Source: Solirubrobacterales bacterium (GTDB taxonomy: Bacteria; Actinomycetota; Thermoleophilia; Solirubrobacterales; 70-9). Taken from it: a stretch of DNA of 64,000 nt. Positions 1-8,948 of this stretch are shown here, piece by piece. Made by a program: the position numbers and the translations under genes. The stretch covers positions 12,232 through 76,231 of the forward strand of contig JBPCKC010000012.1 in assembly GCA_051004675.1 (NCBI GenBank). The letters run 5' to 3'. Position 1 is the first letter of the stretch. Each line of letters begins with the position of its first letter. The notes beneath the pieces are model-generated. The model was not told the DNA's origin. It saw only the letters and a list, made by a program, of their open reading frames with translations, and ran no database searches.

Positions 1-741
1 GGCGGCCTCCGCGATCGGGGCGACGCCGCCCGAGGACTTCATGACCGACGGCGTGGGAAGACCTCGCTCGCGACACGCGCCCTCGAGCCTGCGGAGGTAG
101 TCGCCGAGCAGGGGAGAGAGGTACGCGTCGATGACCGTGGTCGAGCAGCGCTCGTACTCGCGGAAGCGCGGGAGCACCTCGTGGGAGGCGGAGACGTGGA
201 GCCCCTCCATGCCCTCGCGCAGAGCCGTGGCGAGCGCCCGCTCGTGGCCGGGGTCGGAGTGCGCGAAGAGCAGGCAGATCGCCACGGCCTCGGCCCCGGA
301 GCCACGGACCGCGTCGACGACCCGCTCGATCTCGTCGTCCTCCAGCTCCCTCACCACGCCCGCCGCCGAGACGCGCTCGCCGGCTTCGAAGCGCAGCGGC
401 CCGGGCACCAGTGGGCGGGGGCGGGCGGCACACAGGCGGTACAGGTGAGGGCGGTCCTGCCGGGCGATGTCCAAAAGGTCGGTGAACCCCTCGGTCGCCA
501 CCAGGGCGGTCCGCGCACCGCTCTCGGTCAGCAGCGCGTTGGTGCCGACGGTCATGCCGTGCGCGAACGCGCTCACGTCGCCGGGCTGCGCCCCCGCGCT
601 CGCGAGGGCGGCCTCGATCGCCGTCGCCACCCCCGACGCCTCGTCGGCCGGCGTGGTCGGCGCCTTCGCGGTGTGGAGCGTTCGCCCGTCGAAGAGGACG
701 GCGTCGGTGAAGGTCCCGCCGACGTCGACGCCCAAGAGCAT
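1..741 (-). CDS. hydantoinase/oxoprolinase-family protein, N-terminal portion (gene continues past window start)
   Basis: Minus-strand ATG at 741-739 is followed by MLLGVDVGGTFTDAVLFDGRTLHTAKAPTTPADEASGVATAIEAAL... GVDVGGTFTD is the hallmark N-terminus of HyuA/OplAH-type enzymes. The frame stays open to position 1, so it is absent from the ORF track. Confidence 0.75.
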   Translation of the reverse strand, partial: MLLGVDVGGTFTDAVLFDGRTLHTAKAPTTPADEASGVATAIEAALASAGAQPGDVSAFAHGMTVGTNALLTESGARTALVATEGFTDLLDIARQDRPHLYRLCAARPRPLVPGPLRFEAGERVSAAGVVRELEDDEIERVVDAVRGSGAEAVAICLLFAHSDPGHERALATALREGMEGLHVSASHEVLPRFREYERCSTTVIDAYLSPLLGDYLRRLEGACRERGLPTPSVMKSSGGVAPIAEAA

Positions 742-921
742 GGTGGTGACGCTATCGCCCGCGGGACCCCTCGCAGCGGGTTCGCCGCCTTAGGTGCGTC
801 CGCCGGCACACCCTCGCCGCCCGCCCCGGATACGAGCCGGGCCCCGGCTTTCGCCGAGGCCCGATCCTGTCCGTACCCGGTGTTGCTGACCCGGCCCCCG
901 CCGGGCGGTCCCGCCCGGTGC

Positions 922-1428
922 TCAGGCGGCTGCGCTGATCACCGCGGCGATCTCCGCCGGGGCGCCCTCCACGAGAGGGATCTCAGCGCTCTCGAAGGTC
1001 TCCTCGAGGTGCTTATGGGAGGGGCAGTAGTCGCGGCTCGGCAGTGGATCGCGCTGGCAGGGCGTGCCCTTGCGCGTGTGCGCCCTGCACTGTCGCTGGG
1101 TGCCGTCGACGCCGAGCTCTTCGGGCATCTGCTCGAGGAAGTTGCTGGCGAGCGCCATGTTGCGCTCGATCACGGTCCAGACGCGGAGCTGGTCGGAGAT
1201 GCCGAAGTAGACCCGGACCTCGTTGAACAGCGACTTTGCGGGCCTGGCGAAGTAGCGGCGGTCGTAGGCCACGCGCCTGATGGCTGACTCGCAGCTATCG
1301 AGGACCCTCTGCTTGTTGGCGCATGCGGTCGGATCGCGTGGATCCTCCACTACGTGCGGCCCCAGCTCCCGGTAGATCGAGCGACTGAATCGGTACATCT
1401 TCCTCCGTACCCCTGCGTTGGTTTCCAT
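922..1428 (-). CDS. hypothetical protein with C-terminal Cys/His cluster
   Basis: Track ORF 922..1536. I prefer the internal ATG at 1428 (METNAG..) or 1398 (MYRFSRS..), because the first 36 codons run into the AT-rich 1440-1560 spacer. C-terminus reads CRAHTRKGTPCQRDPLPSRDYCPSHKH. No family recognised. Confidence 0.55.
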   Translation of the reverse strand: METNAGVRRKMYRFSRSIYRELGPHVVEDPRDPTACANKQRVLDSCESAIRRVAYDRRYFARPAKSLFNEVRVYFGISDQLRVWTVIERNMALASNFLEQMPEELGVDGTQRQCRAHTRKGTPCQRDPLPSRDYCPSHKHLEETFESAEIPLVEGAPAEIAAVISAAA

Positions 1429-1659
1429 TCCCGCCCCGAGCTCGTCCTTGAGTCGTAAGTTTCCGCTGGGGGCTGCGTGAGTATCGCAACGCTTCGTGAA
1501 TACACAAGGACCTTTTGTTAAGCCAACGTTAATCACATGGCTTGTTCATGCGGTTTTCCGCCGAAACGGCCATCCTCCGATCGGACGGGCAGCCTCCATC
1601 CACCGGCGTGTCGGCGGCTCATCCCTCCCGATGCGCGTCACTTCGCGGGGGGCGAAGCG

Positions 1660-3114
1660 CTAGAGCCAGCGCTCGCGCCGGATCCGGGAGTCCGCGCCGA
1701 CGACCAGGTGGATCCCGTCGAGGCCGGGATCGAGCCGCGGATGGTCGCTGCGGCGGTGGGCGCCGCGGGACTCGCCCCGCTCGAGCGCCGAGGCGGCGAT
1801 CAAGCGGGCGAGTGGGTACTCGTCCTTGGCGAGCCCCGTGAGCCCCGCCGCGTCGCGTACCGGCCCGGCGCGCTCCCAGACCGCCGCTCGCGTGGAGGTC
1901 GTGGGCGGCTCGAAGCGCCAGCCGGGAGGCTCGATCGCGGCGCGCTCGCCCGGAGCGGCGGCCGCGGCGGCCGCGGCCCGAGCCCCGAAGACGAAGCACT
2001 CGCTGAGCGAGTTCGAGGCGAGCCGGTTGGCTCCGTGCAATCCCGTGCAGGCGCACTCGCCAACGGCCAGCAGGCCTGGCAGGCTGGTGCGCCCATGCAG
2101 GTCGGTGACGACCCCGCCGATCAGGTAGTGCGAGGCCGGGGATACGGGGACGGGCTCGTTCTCGGGATCGAGTCCCGCTTCGCGGCAGCTCGCGAACACG
2201 TTGGGGAATCGCGACGGTGGGATCTCGCGCAGATCCAGCCAAACGTTGTCGACCGCGTCCGCCAGCATCCTGTCGCCGATCGCGGCGGTCACCTGGTCGC
2301 GGGGGGCCAGCTCGTCCGTGAACCGCTCGCCGGCGGCGTCGAGGAGCCTGGCCCCCTCGCCGCGCACGGCCTCGGTGATCAGCTTGCCGTCGCTCGGATG
2401 GCCGGGGAGGGCGAGCGCGGTCGGGTGGAACTGGCAGAGCTCCAGGTCTGCGAGGTCGGCTCCCGCCGCCTGCGCCATCACGGAGCCGGCGCCGATGGCT
2501 CCCCACGGGTTGGTGGTCCTGCTCCACAGCGCGGCGCCGCCGCCGGTCGCCAGCACGGTGGCGGGGGCCGCGATGGTGCCCGCGTCCGTGATCACGCCGG
2601 CGCAGTGAACCCCGGCGCTCGAGATCGCGGTGACCGAGCAGCCCTCCCGCACCTCGAGGCCGGTGGTCGCGGCGGCGACCTTCGAGAGGGTGGCCGTGAT
2701 CGCGCGCCCCGTCTCGCTGCCCCCTGCGTGGACGATCCGCCGCGCGGAGTGCCCTCCCTCGAGTCCGAGGGCCAGGCGACCCTCCTGGTCGGTGTCGAAG
2801 CGCACGCCCCGCGACTGGAGCTCCTCCACGAATGCGGGAGCCTCCTCGGTCAGCACCTCGACGGCGGACGGGCGGCAAAGGCCGCGCCCGGCGTTGAGTG
2901 TGTCGGCCGTGTGCCGTGCCGGCGAGTCGTCGGGCGCCAGGGAGGCGGCGAGGCCGCCCTGGGCCCAGTAGCTCGAGCTCTCCGCCAGCGGCTTGCGCGA
3001 GACGAGAGCCGTGCAGGCGCCGGCCTCAGCGGCCCGGATCGCCACGAACAGGCCGGCAGCGCCGCCGCCGACGACCACGATGTCGAACTGAGACGAGCGA
3101 GCCCCCGCCATCAC
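1660..3114 (-). CDS. nadB: L-aspartate oxidase
   Basis: 484 aa. FAD fold DIVVVGGGAAGL, SSYWAQGG and RLASNSLSECFVFG match the NadB/SdhA flavoprotein family at NadB length. Confidence 0.9.
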   Translation of the reverse strand: MMAGARSSQFDIVVVGGGAAGLFVAIRAAEAGACTALVSRKPLAESSSYWAQGGLAASLAPDDSPARHTADTLNAGRGLCRPSAVEVLTEEAPAFVEELQSRGVRFDTDQEGRLALGLEGGHSARRIVHAGGSETGRAITATLSKVAAATTGLEVREGCSVTAISSAGVHCAGVITDAGTIAAPATVLATGGGAALWSRTTNPWGAIGAGSVMAQAAGADLADLELCQFHPTALALPGHPSDGKLITEAVRGEGARLLDAAGERFTDELAPRDQVTAAIGDRMLADAVDNVWLDLREIPPSRFPNVFASCREAGLDPENEPVPVSPASHYLIGGVVTDLHGRTSLPGLLAVGECACTGLHGANRLASNSLSECFVFGARAAAAAAAAPGERAAIEPPGWRFEPPTTSTRAAVWERAGPVRDAAGLTGLAKDEYPLARLIAASALERGESRGAHRRSDHPRLDPGLDGIHLVVGADSRIRRERWL

Positions 3115-3142
3115 GACGTGAGGGCGCAGCCTCGAGGTCTTG

Positions 3143-4204
3143 ATGCTTCAGTCGGCTCGGTCAAGCGCGGCGTTACGGTACCCGCGAGTGGCGCTCTACG
3201 TCTCCCACCCCTCCTCGCACCTGCACGACACCGGCCCGCACCCCGAGAACGCGGGGCGCCTGGTCGCGATCGAGGCGGCGATGGAGGCGCGTGAGTGGCT
3301 TGGCGTCGAGCGCGCCTCCGCGCCCGCCGCGCCGCGCGAGTGGATCGAGCGGGTGCACGCACCTGAGCACGTCGACGCCATCGAGAAGTTCACGAGGGGC
3401 GGTGGCGGCATGATCGACCACGACACGGTCGCGAGCGCGGAGTCGTTCGAGGCCGCGCTTCGCGCCGCAGGCGGGGCCGCGTGGGCGGTCGAGCGGCTGC
3501 TTGCGGGCGAGCACCGCGCGGCATTCTGCGGGCTGCGCCCCCCGGGGCACCATGCCGAACGGGCGCGTGCGATGGGTTTCTGTCTGTTCAACAACGTCGC
3601 GGTCGCCTCGGCGCACGCGATCGCCGAGTGCGAGGCCCGGCGGGTGCTGGTGTTGGACTGGGACGTCCATCACGGCAACGGCACCGAGGAGATCTTCGCG
3701 GCCTCCGGGGACGTGGTCTACGTGAGCATCCACCAGGCTCCGCTCTACCCGGGGACGGGCGACGCCTCGTTCACGGGCGTCGGCGAGGGCGAAGGGCGCA
3801 CCGTCAACCTCCCTGTGCCTCCAGGCGCCGGGCCCGACGACTTCCTCGCGCTCGTCCAGCACGTCGTGGCACCGCTCGCCCGCGAGTTCCGGCCTGGGCT
3901 CCTGGCGATCTCGGCTGGTTACGACGCTCACCGCGCGGACCCGCTCGCCTCGTGCCGCCTCGACGAGGACGCGTTCGCCGACATGACGGCGGCCATGCGC
4001 GAGCTCGGAGCCGAGCTGGAGGCGCCGGTGCTCGGGTGCCTGGAGGGCGGTTACGACCCGCCCGCCCTCGCCGCCTCCGTGCTCGCCACGATCGAGGCCC
4101 TCGACTCGGAGCGCCCGGTTCGCGACGTGGACGTCGGCACGGCCGAACCCCATCGGCGCCGTGTCGCTGCGGCGTGGCCTGCGCTGGCGAGCAACGCCGG
4201 CTAA
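3143..4204 (+). CDS. histone deacetylase-family protein (AcuC / acetylpolyamine amidohydrolase-like)
   Basis: Motifs RPPGHHA, FCLFNNVAVA, LVLDWDVHHGNGTEEIF and LEGGYD. Start is ambiguous (ATG 3143 or GTG 3188). Confidence 0.88.
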   Translation: MLQSARSSAALRYPRVALYVSHPSSHLHDTGPHPENAGRLVAIEAAMEAREWLGVERASAPAAPREWIERVHAPEHVDAIEKFTRGGGGMIDHDTVASAESFEAALRAAGGAAWAVERLLAGEHRAAFCGLRPPGHHAERARAMGFCLFNNVAVASAHAIAECEARRVLVLDWDVHHGNGTEEIFAASGDVVYVSIHQAPLYPGTGDASFTGVGEGEGRTVNLPVPPGAGPDDFLALVQHVVAPLAREFRPGLLAISAGYDAHRADPLASCRLDEDAFADMTAAMRELGAELEAPVLGCLEGGYDPPALAASVLATIEALDSERPVRDVDVGTAEPHRRRVAAAWPALASNAG

Positions 4205-4238
4205 AACCGCGTCTCCTCGGCCGGTGTCCGAGGCCGTC

Positions 4239-7200
4239 CTAGGGGACGATGCGGTCCTTGATCTCCGCCAGGAACCCCTGGGAGAAGCCCGGCACCTGGT
4301 CGAGCTCGTCCACGGTGGAGAAGCTGCGTTCCTCGCGAAAGCGCAGCACGCGCTTCGCCTGGGTGATCGACATCCCGAGGTCGCGCAGCTCGTCGAAGCT
4401 CGCGTTGTTGATGCTGACCGTGCCTTCGGGAGCCGGCGGCGCGTCGCCGGCAGGCTGCTCTTTGGAGTCGAGACCCTGGTCGAAGAGCTCGACCTCGCTG
4501 TCTTCGTTCTCCTCCTCGGCGACCCGTGCGGCTTCCTCCTCGGCGGCCACCCGTGCGGCCTCCTCCTCGGCTGCCTTGCGTGCGGCCTCCTCCTCGGCGG
4601 CCCGTCGGACTTCTTCCTCCTGCGCCACCCTCGCGGCCTCCTCCTCGGCTGCCACCCTCGCGGCGTCCTCCTCGGCTGCCACCCGCGCGGCCTCCTCCTC
4701 CGCCGCTAGGCGCGCGGATTCGGCCTCGGCAGCGGCCTTGCGTGCGGTCTCCTCCTCCTGCGCCTTCCTCGCGGCCTCCTGCTCCCCCTGCTTGGCCGCC
4801 TCGGCCTCCGCGGCCTTGCGCTCGGCCTCGGCCGCCTTCTCCGCCTCCGCCGCCTTCTTCGCGGCGGCGTCGGGCTTCTTGGTCGCCGTCCGCCGCTTGG
4901 GCTTCGCGGGCTTGGCCTCGATGCTCGGCTCCGCCTTCTTTCGCCGTGAGCGGCGCTTGGGCTTCTCCTCCGCCTCGGGCTGGGGCTCGGGCTGCGCGGC
5001 GGGGGGCTCCGCCGGGCTCAGCTCTTGAGTCCCTCCCTCGGCGCTCGCGGCGGCGGTGCCCGCCGCCCGGGCACGCTCGCTGGCGCCGCTCGCGCGCTCG
5101 CTGACGGCGCCGAGCTTGCCCTCGATCTCCTGGAATCGCTCCTCCCGCTCGCGCTCGGACTCCCGCCGGGTCTCCAGCTCCATCTGCAGCGCGCGACGCT
5201 CCGCGTTCGCGGCCCGCTCGTGAGCCTCCTCGAGCTGGCGCCGGGTGGCCGCAAGCTCCCCGTCCACGGCGGCCTTCTGGCGCACCAGCTCGGCCTCGCG
5301 CTCGCGGTAGCCCTCGCCCGCCTGCTGCTCGGCCGCCAGGCGGGCGGTCGTGAGCTCCTTCTGAAGGCCGGCCTTCGCCTCGGCGCGCATCGTCTCCGCC
5401 TGGGCGGCGAGCTGGCGCTGGGTCTCCTGGGCCGCGCGTGCCTCCGCTTGCGAGACGGCCTCGCGGACGCCGGCCTTGGCCCGGCTCTCGCCCTCTCCCC
5501 TGAGCGCATCGGCCTGGGTGCGCAGCCAGCCTGACGCGGCGGCCCGGACCTCGACCGCGGCCGTCGCGGCGGTGCTCTCCGCGGCTCGGGCGCGTTCCTC
5601 GGCGGCCTGCACGTTGCGCTCCGCCTCGGCGAGGGCCTTGGCCTGGGCCGCGCGCTCGGCGTCGAGTTTGGACTGGATCTCGGCCACGCCGGCGTCGGCC
5701 GCCCGTTGGGCGTCCGCCTCGGCGGCGGCGACCGCGGCGACCCGCTGGCGTTGCGCCTCGGCCGTGAGGCGCTCGATCTCGAGGCGCAGCTTCTCGGCCT
5801 CCTCGGCGCGCACCTGCTCCTCGGTCTCGCGCCGGGCGCCCTCGAGGGTGGTGCGAACATGCTCGTCGGCGTCGACCCGAGCCTCCTCGGCCTCGGCCTT
5901 GGCGCTCTCGACGGCTTCACGCGCGTTCGTCTCGGCCTTCGCGGCGCGCTCGGAGGCCTCGGCCTCGGCCGCGCCGAGCTCGGCCTCGCGCGCCTTGATG
6001 CGAGCGTCCGCCGCCTCCGTCGCCTCGCGCTGGGCGCGCTCGGTCTCCTCGGCGATCCGCTGCTCAGCCCCGGCCCGCAGGCGCCGCGCCTCGCTCGCCA
6101 GCTCCTGTTCGGCGGCGGCCACCCGGTCGGCGGCGGCCAGCGCCCGCTCCTCGATCTCGCGCAGGCGCTGATCGGAGCTCTCGATCACCCGCGTCTTGTC
6201 CTCGCGCTCCTGCTCCAGCTCCTCCTCGCGGAGGCGCAGCTCCGCGGCGAAGCGCTCCTGGGCGGCGCGGCGCGCGGCCTCCACCTCCAGGCGAGTGCGT
6301 TCCTCGGCCTCTGTGCGAACCCGATCGAGGTCGCCCTCGACCGTCTTCTCCGCCTCGGCTCGCGCTGACTCCTCGATCTGCCTGCGGGTCGTCGCGGCGT
6401 CCTGGAGCGCCAGGCTCTCGATCTCGGTGCGGGCAGCCTCGGTGGCCGCGCGGGCCCGCTCGTCGGCCTCGGCGCGGGCGGCCTGCTCCACCTCCCTGCG
6501 GGCGGTGTCGGCGGCCTCGCGCACCCTTTCCTCGGTCTGGGTCCGAAGCGCCTCGATCTCCTGGCGCAGGTCGGCGGTCTCCGTCTGGATCCGCCGCTCG
6601 GCCTCGGCGCGAAGCGCCCGCTCGGACTCGGCCTGGGCCTGCTTGGCCGCGGTGGCGCGGGCCTCGGCGGCCTGCACCTGGACCAGGGCCTCCTGCACGG
6701 CCGTCTCAGCGGTCGCGGGGGTTGCCGCCGGCGCCGCGGCGCCGGCCTTCTCGGCCTCGGCGGCCCGCTGCTCGGCCTCGCCGACGCTTCGCTCGGCCTC
6801 CGACCGGACGCGCTCGAGCTCGGCTTGGCGGCTGTGGAGCTCGGCCTCGAGCCGCTTGACGGCCTCGGCGTCGGGCCCCCCATCGGCGGCGGTCGCCGCC
6901 GACGGCTTCGCGGCCAGCTCGGCGCGGACGGCCTCCGCCGTCTCGGCGCGAGCGCGCTCCACCTCGGCCGTGGTGCGCTCCTCCGCCTTGGCCTCGAGCT
7001 CCTTCACCTGCGAGCGCAGCCAGGCGGCGGCGCCCGCCCGTGCGGCGTCCTCGGCGTCCGGCGCGGGGGCTGGGCCCATCGTGTCGGCCGAGGCCTCGTG
7101 TTCGGCAGCCGTCGCTTGCTGCTCGACCTCCTGTGCCTGCTTTGTGGCCTCGGCCAGCCTCTGCTCGGCCGCCTCAGCCTGGCTGCGCGCGTCGGCGGCT

Positions 7201-7871
7201 GCGCGCTGCGAGTCCGTGAGCTGTGACTCCAGGGCCTGAACGCTCGTCGCGGCCTCCGCCTTGGCCCGCTCCAGATCCTCCTCGAGGGCGAGGATCTCGT
7301 CGATCGCTCGCTCCTCCGCGGCCTGCGCGGCATCAGCCGCCGCCAGCCTGATCCGCTCGGCCGTGTCGGTTCGCCGTGTCGTGGCGGGCGCGGCGGGAGG
7401 GGATGGCGTCGCCTCGGGAGTGGACGCCGGCCCCGGCGCTGCGCCGGCGGGCGGCGTGGGCGTACCGGGCGCGGCGCTCGGCTCCGCGCCCGTGGCGGCC
7501 GAGTCGCCGAGGACCTGCCACTCGTCGGTGCGCTCGCGGGCCGGCTCGGAGGCGTCCGGAGGCGCGGCGGGCGTCCCGCCCGGCGCCTCGAAGTCCGCCG
7601 CGGCCTCGGCGGCCGCACCCGCCGTTGGCGCTTGATCGAACAGCCCGGACGGCGACTCGACGCTCTCCGCGGTGGGCATCACGGCGGTATCGCCGGGCGC
7701 GGGCGCGGGGGGCGAGGCGTCCCCAGAAGCGGTCGAAGCCTCGCCTGAAGGCGGGCCCTCGGATCCGGAATCAGGCGGCGCGGCGTCGGCCTTCGGCCCC
7801 TCGCCGTCGCCGTCGCCCTCCTCGGAGCCGGAATCCCTTCTGAAGATGCCAAAGCGGCGTCGTGCCATCAA
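4239..7871 (-). CDS. giant Ala/Glu/Arg-rich coiled-coil protein with C-terminal ComEA-like helix-hairpin-helix domain
   Basis: Single uninterrupted 3633-nt ORF, whereas the opposite strand is broken into Ser/Ala/Arg-rich pieces. Layout from N to C: acidic Pro-rich N-terminus, about 800 aa of heptad-like AE(R/K) sequence, a KR patch (KPKRRSRRKK..KPKRRTATKK), AARVAAEEE repeats, then SINNASFDELRDLGMSITQAKRVLRFREERSFSTVDELDQVPGFSQGFLAEI. That tail resembles the ComEA HhH at 63600-63780. Confidence 0.8.
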   Translation of the reverse strand: MMARRRFGIFRRDSGSEEGDGDGEGPKADAAPPDSGSEGPPSGEASTASGDASPPAPAPGDTAVMPTAESVESPSGLFDQAPTAGAAAEAAADFEAPGGTPAAPPDASEPARERTDEWQVLGDSAATGAEPSAAPGTPTPPAGAAPGPASTPEATPSPPAAPATTRRTDTAERIRLAAADAAQAAEERAIDEILALEEDLERAKAEAATSVQALESQLTDSQRAAADARSQAEAAEQRLAEATKQAQEVEQQATAAEHEASADTMGPAPAPDAEDAARAGAAAWLRSQVKELEAKAEERTTAEVERARAETAEAVRAELAAKPSAATAADGGPDAEAVKRLEAELHSRQAELERVRSEAERSVGEAEQRAAEAEKAGAAAPAATPATAETAVQEALVQVQAAEARATAAKQAQAESERALRAEAERRIQTETADLRQEIEALRTQTEERVREAADTARREVEQAARAEADERARAATEAARTEIESLALQDAATTRRQIEESARAEAEKTVEGDLDRVRTEAEERTRLEVEAARRAAQERFAAELRLREEELEQEREDKTRVIESSDQRLREIEERALAAADRVAAAEQELASEARRLRAGAEQRIAEETERAQREATEAADARIKAREAELGAAEAEASERAAKAETNAREAVESAKAEAEEARVDADEHVRTTLEGARRETEEQVRAEEAEKLRLEIERLTAEAQRQRVAAVAAAEADAQRAADAGVAEIQSKLDAERAAQAKALAEAERNVQAAEERARAAESTAATAAVEVRAAASGWLRTQADALRGEGESRAKAGVREAVSQAEARAAQETQRQLAAQAETMRAEAKAGLQKELTTARLAAEQQAGEGYREREAELVRQKAAVDGELAATRRQLEEAHERAANAERRALQMELETRRESEREREERFQEIEGKLGAVSERASGASERARAAGTAAASAEGGTQELSPAEPPAAQPEPQPEAEEKPKRRSRRKKAEPSIEAKPAKPKRRTATKKPDAAAKKAAEAEKAAEAERKAAEAEAAKQGEQEAARKAQEEETARKAAAEAESARLAAEEEAARVAAEEDAARVAAEEEAARVAQEEEVRRAAEEEAARKAAEEEAARVAAEEEAARVAEEENEDSEVELFDQGLDSKEQPAGDAPPAPEGTVSINNASFDELRDLGMSITQAKRVLRFREERSFSTVDELDQVPGFSQGFLAEIKDRIVP
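4518..4709 (-). repeat. imperfect 24-27-nt coding tandem repeats (AARVAAEEE units)
   Basis: The plus-strand string cctcctcggc recurs at 4511, 4535, 4562, 4589, (4616 variant) and 4640. It encodes ..AAEEEAARVAAEEDAARVAAEEEAARVAQEEE.. on the minus strand. Confidence 0.8.
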
Positions 7872-7880
7872 TGGCGGAGG

Positions 7881-8861
7881 TTACGAAAGATCCGGGCCGG
7901 GCCCCGGCTCGCCCAGCAAGCCGGCGTAGGCGGCCTCGACCCGCCGCGCCATGAGCGCCGCCGAAAACCAGCTCGCCCGTTCCCGGCCGGCGACCCTGGC
8001 CTCCGGAGAGTCGAGATGCGCCCGCGCCACTGCCGCCCAGCGGGTCGCCTCGAACGGGCCCACGAGACAGCCCTCGACCCCGTGCAGCAGCATCGGCGCG
8101 ACGCCGACCGGCGTGGAGAGCACGGGCACGTCGCAAGCGAGCGCCTCGACGGCCGCGAGGCCGAAGCCCTCGTTGTCTGAGGTGACCAGCACGGCGGCGG
8201 CCGCGTTCACCCAGTCCGGCATCCGCTCCACCGCCGCCGTCCCCACGGTGAGGAGCTCGGCGCCCGCGCGCCCCGCTACCTCCGCGGCCAGGTCATGGCG
8301 CTTCACTGGGCGGTCTGGCGCCGCCGGGAACAGCAGATAGCGCCCGCCGGGATCGAGGCCCAGCCGTTCGCGGGCCTCGGGGCGCGAGCCGCGCACGAAC
8401 CGGCCCATGTCGGCTCCCACCGGCAGCACGGCGACGGCGCCCGGGTAGTTGGTGGGGAGCCCGGCCCGGCCGCCCTCCTCCTCGAACAGGGCCCGCGAGA
8501 CGCCGGCCACCAGGTCAACTCGTCCCAGCAGTCGCCGGGAGAGCGGCCCGACCACCCGGTGGCGGACGTCGGTGCCGTGAAACGTCACCACCAGCGGGCT
8601 CGCCCCCGCGAGCGCGGCGCTCCACCCCGCCAGGCCGTAGTGGGCGTGAACAAGGTCGAAACGTCCCCCGTGCAGACGGCGGCGCACCTGGCCGACCGAT
8701 CGGATCAGCGCACGTTTGCCCGGCGGAAAGGCCAGGAGCTCGGCATCCACGCCGCGCCCGCGCAGGGCCGCCACCTGGTCGCGCACGAAGTTGCCGCGCC
8801 CGGGCACCGTCGCGTCCGGGGTGATGTTCGTGACCACGAGGACTCGCACCTTGCGGCGCAT
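7881..8861 (-). CDS. glycosyltransferase family 4 (GT-B fold)
   Basis: MRRKVRVLVVTNITPD... and C-terminal LVTSDNEGFGLAAVEALACDVPVLSTPVG (EX7E-type motif). Start taken at ATG 8861, inside track ORF 7881..8936. The stop lies 9 nt before the start of the coiled-coil gene. Confidence 0.85.
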   Translation of the reverse strand: MRRKVRVLVVTNITPDATVPGRGNFVRDQVAALRGRGVDAELLAFPPGKRALIRSVGQVRRRLHGGRFDLVHAHYGLAGWSAALAGASPLVVTFHGTDVRHRVVGPLSRRLLGRVDLVAGVSRALFEEEGGRAGLPTNYPGAVAVLPVGADMGRFVRGSRPEARERLGLDPGGRYLLFPAAPDRPVKRHDLAAEVAGRAGAELLTVGTAAVERMPDWVNAAAAVLVTSDNEGFGLAAVEALACDVPVLSTPVGVAPMLLHGVEGCLVGPFEATRWAAVARAHLDSPEARVAGRERASWFSAALMARRVEAAYAGLLGEPGPGPDLS

Positions 8862-8870
8862 TGTCGCGCC

Positions 8871-8905
8871 GGATTCGGCGCACGGGGGTCTGGATTCGCG
8901 AATCC
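8871..8905. promoter_or_regulatory. candidate operator: GGATTCG half-site plus perfect 14-bp palindrome GGATTCGCGAATCC
   Basis: GGATTCGGCG at 8871-8880 and GGATTCGCGAATCC at 8892-8905, inside the 87-nt divergent spacer between the GT4 gene and the flp-like gene. Confidence 0.4.
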
Positions 8906-8948
8906 CGCCCAGGGAGCATCGCTTCAGGCAACACAAGGGAGGTCTCAG

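Noticed and set aside
1537-3294. 585-aa plus-strand ORF and other ORFs overlapping nadB and the HDAC gene
   Set aside because: They are antisense to nadB. Their translations are Arg/Gly/Pro-rich with no motifs.
4249-7239. Series of plus-strand Ser/Ala/Arg-rich ORFs (4249..5028, 5476..6171, 6196..7239 and others)
   Set aside because: They are mirror frames of the Ala/Glu-rich coiled-coil gene and are fragmented by stops. The minus frame is one continuous 3.6-kb ORF ending in a recognisable HhH domain.
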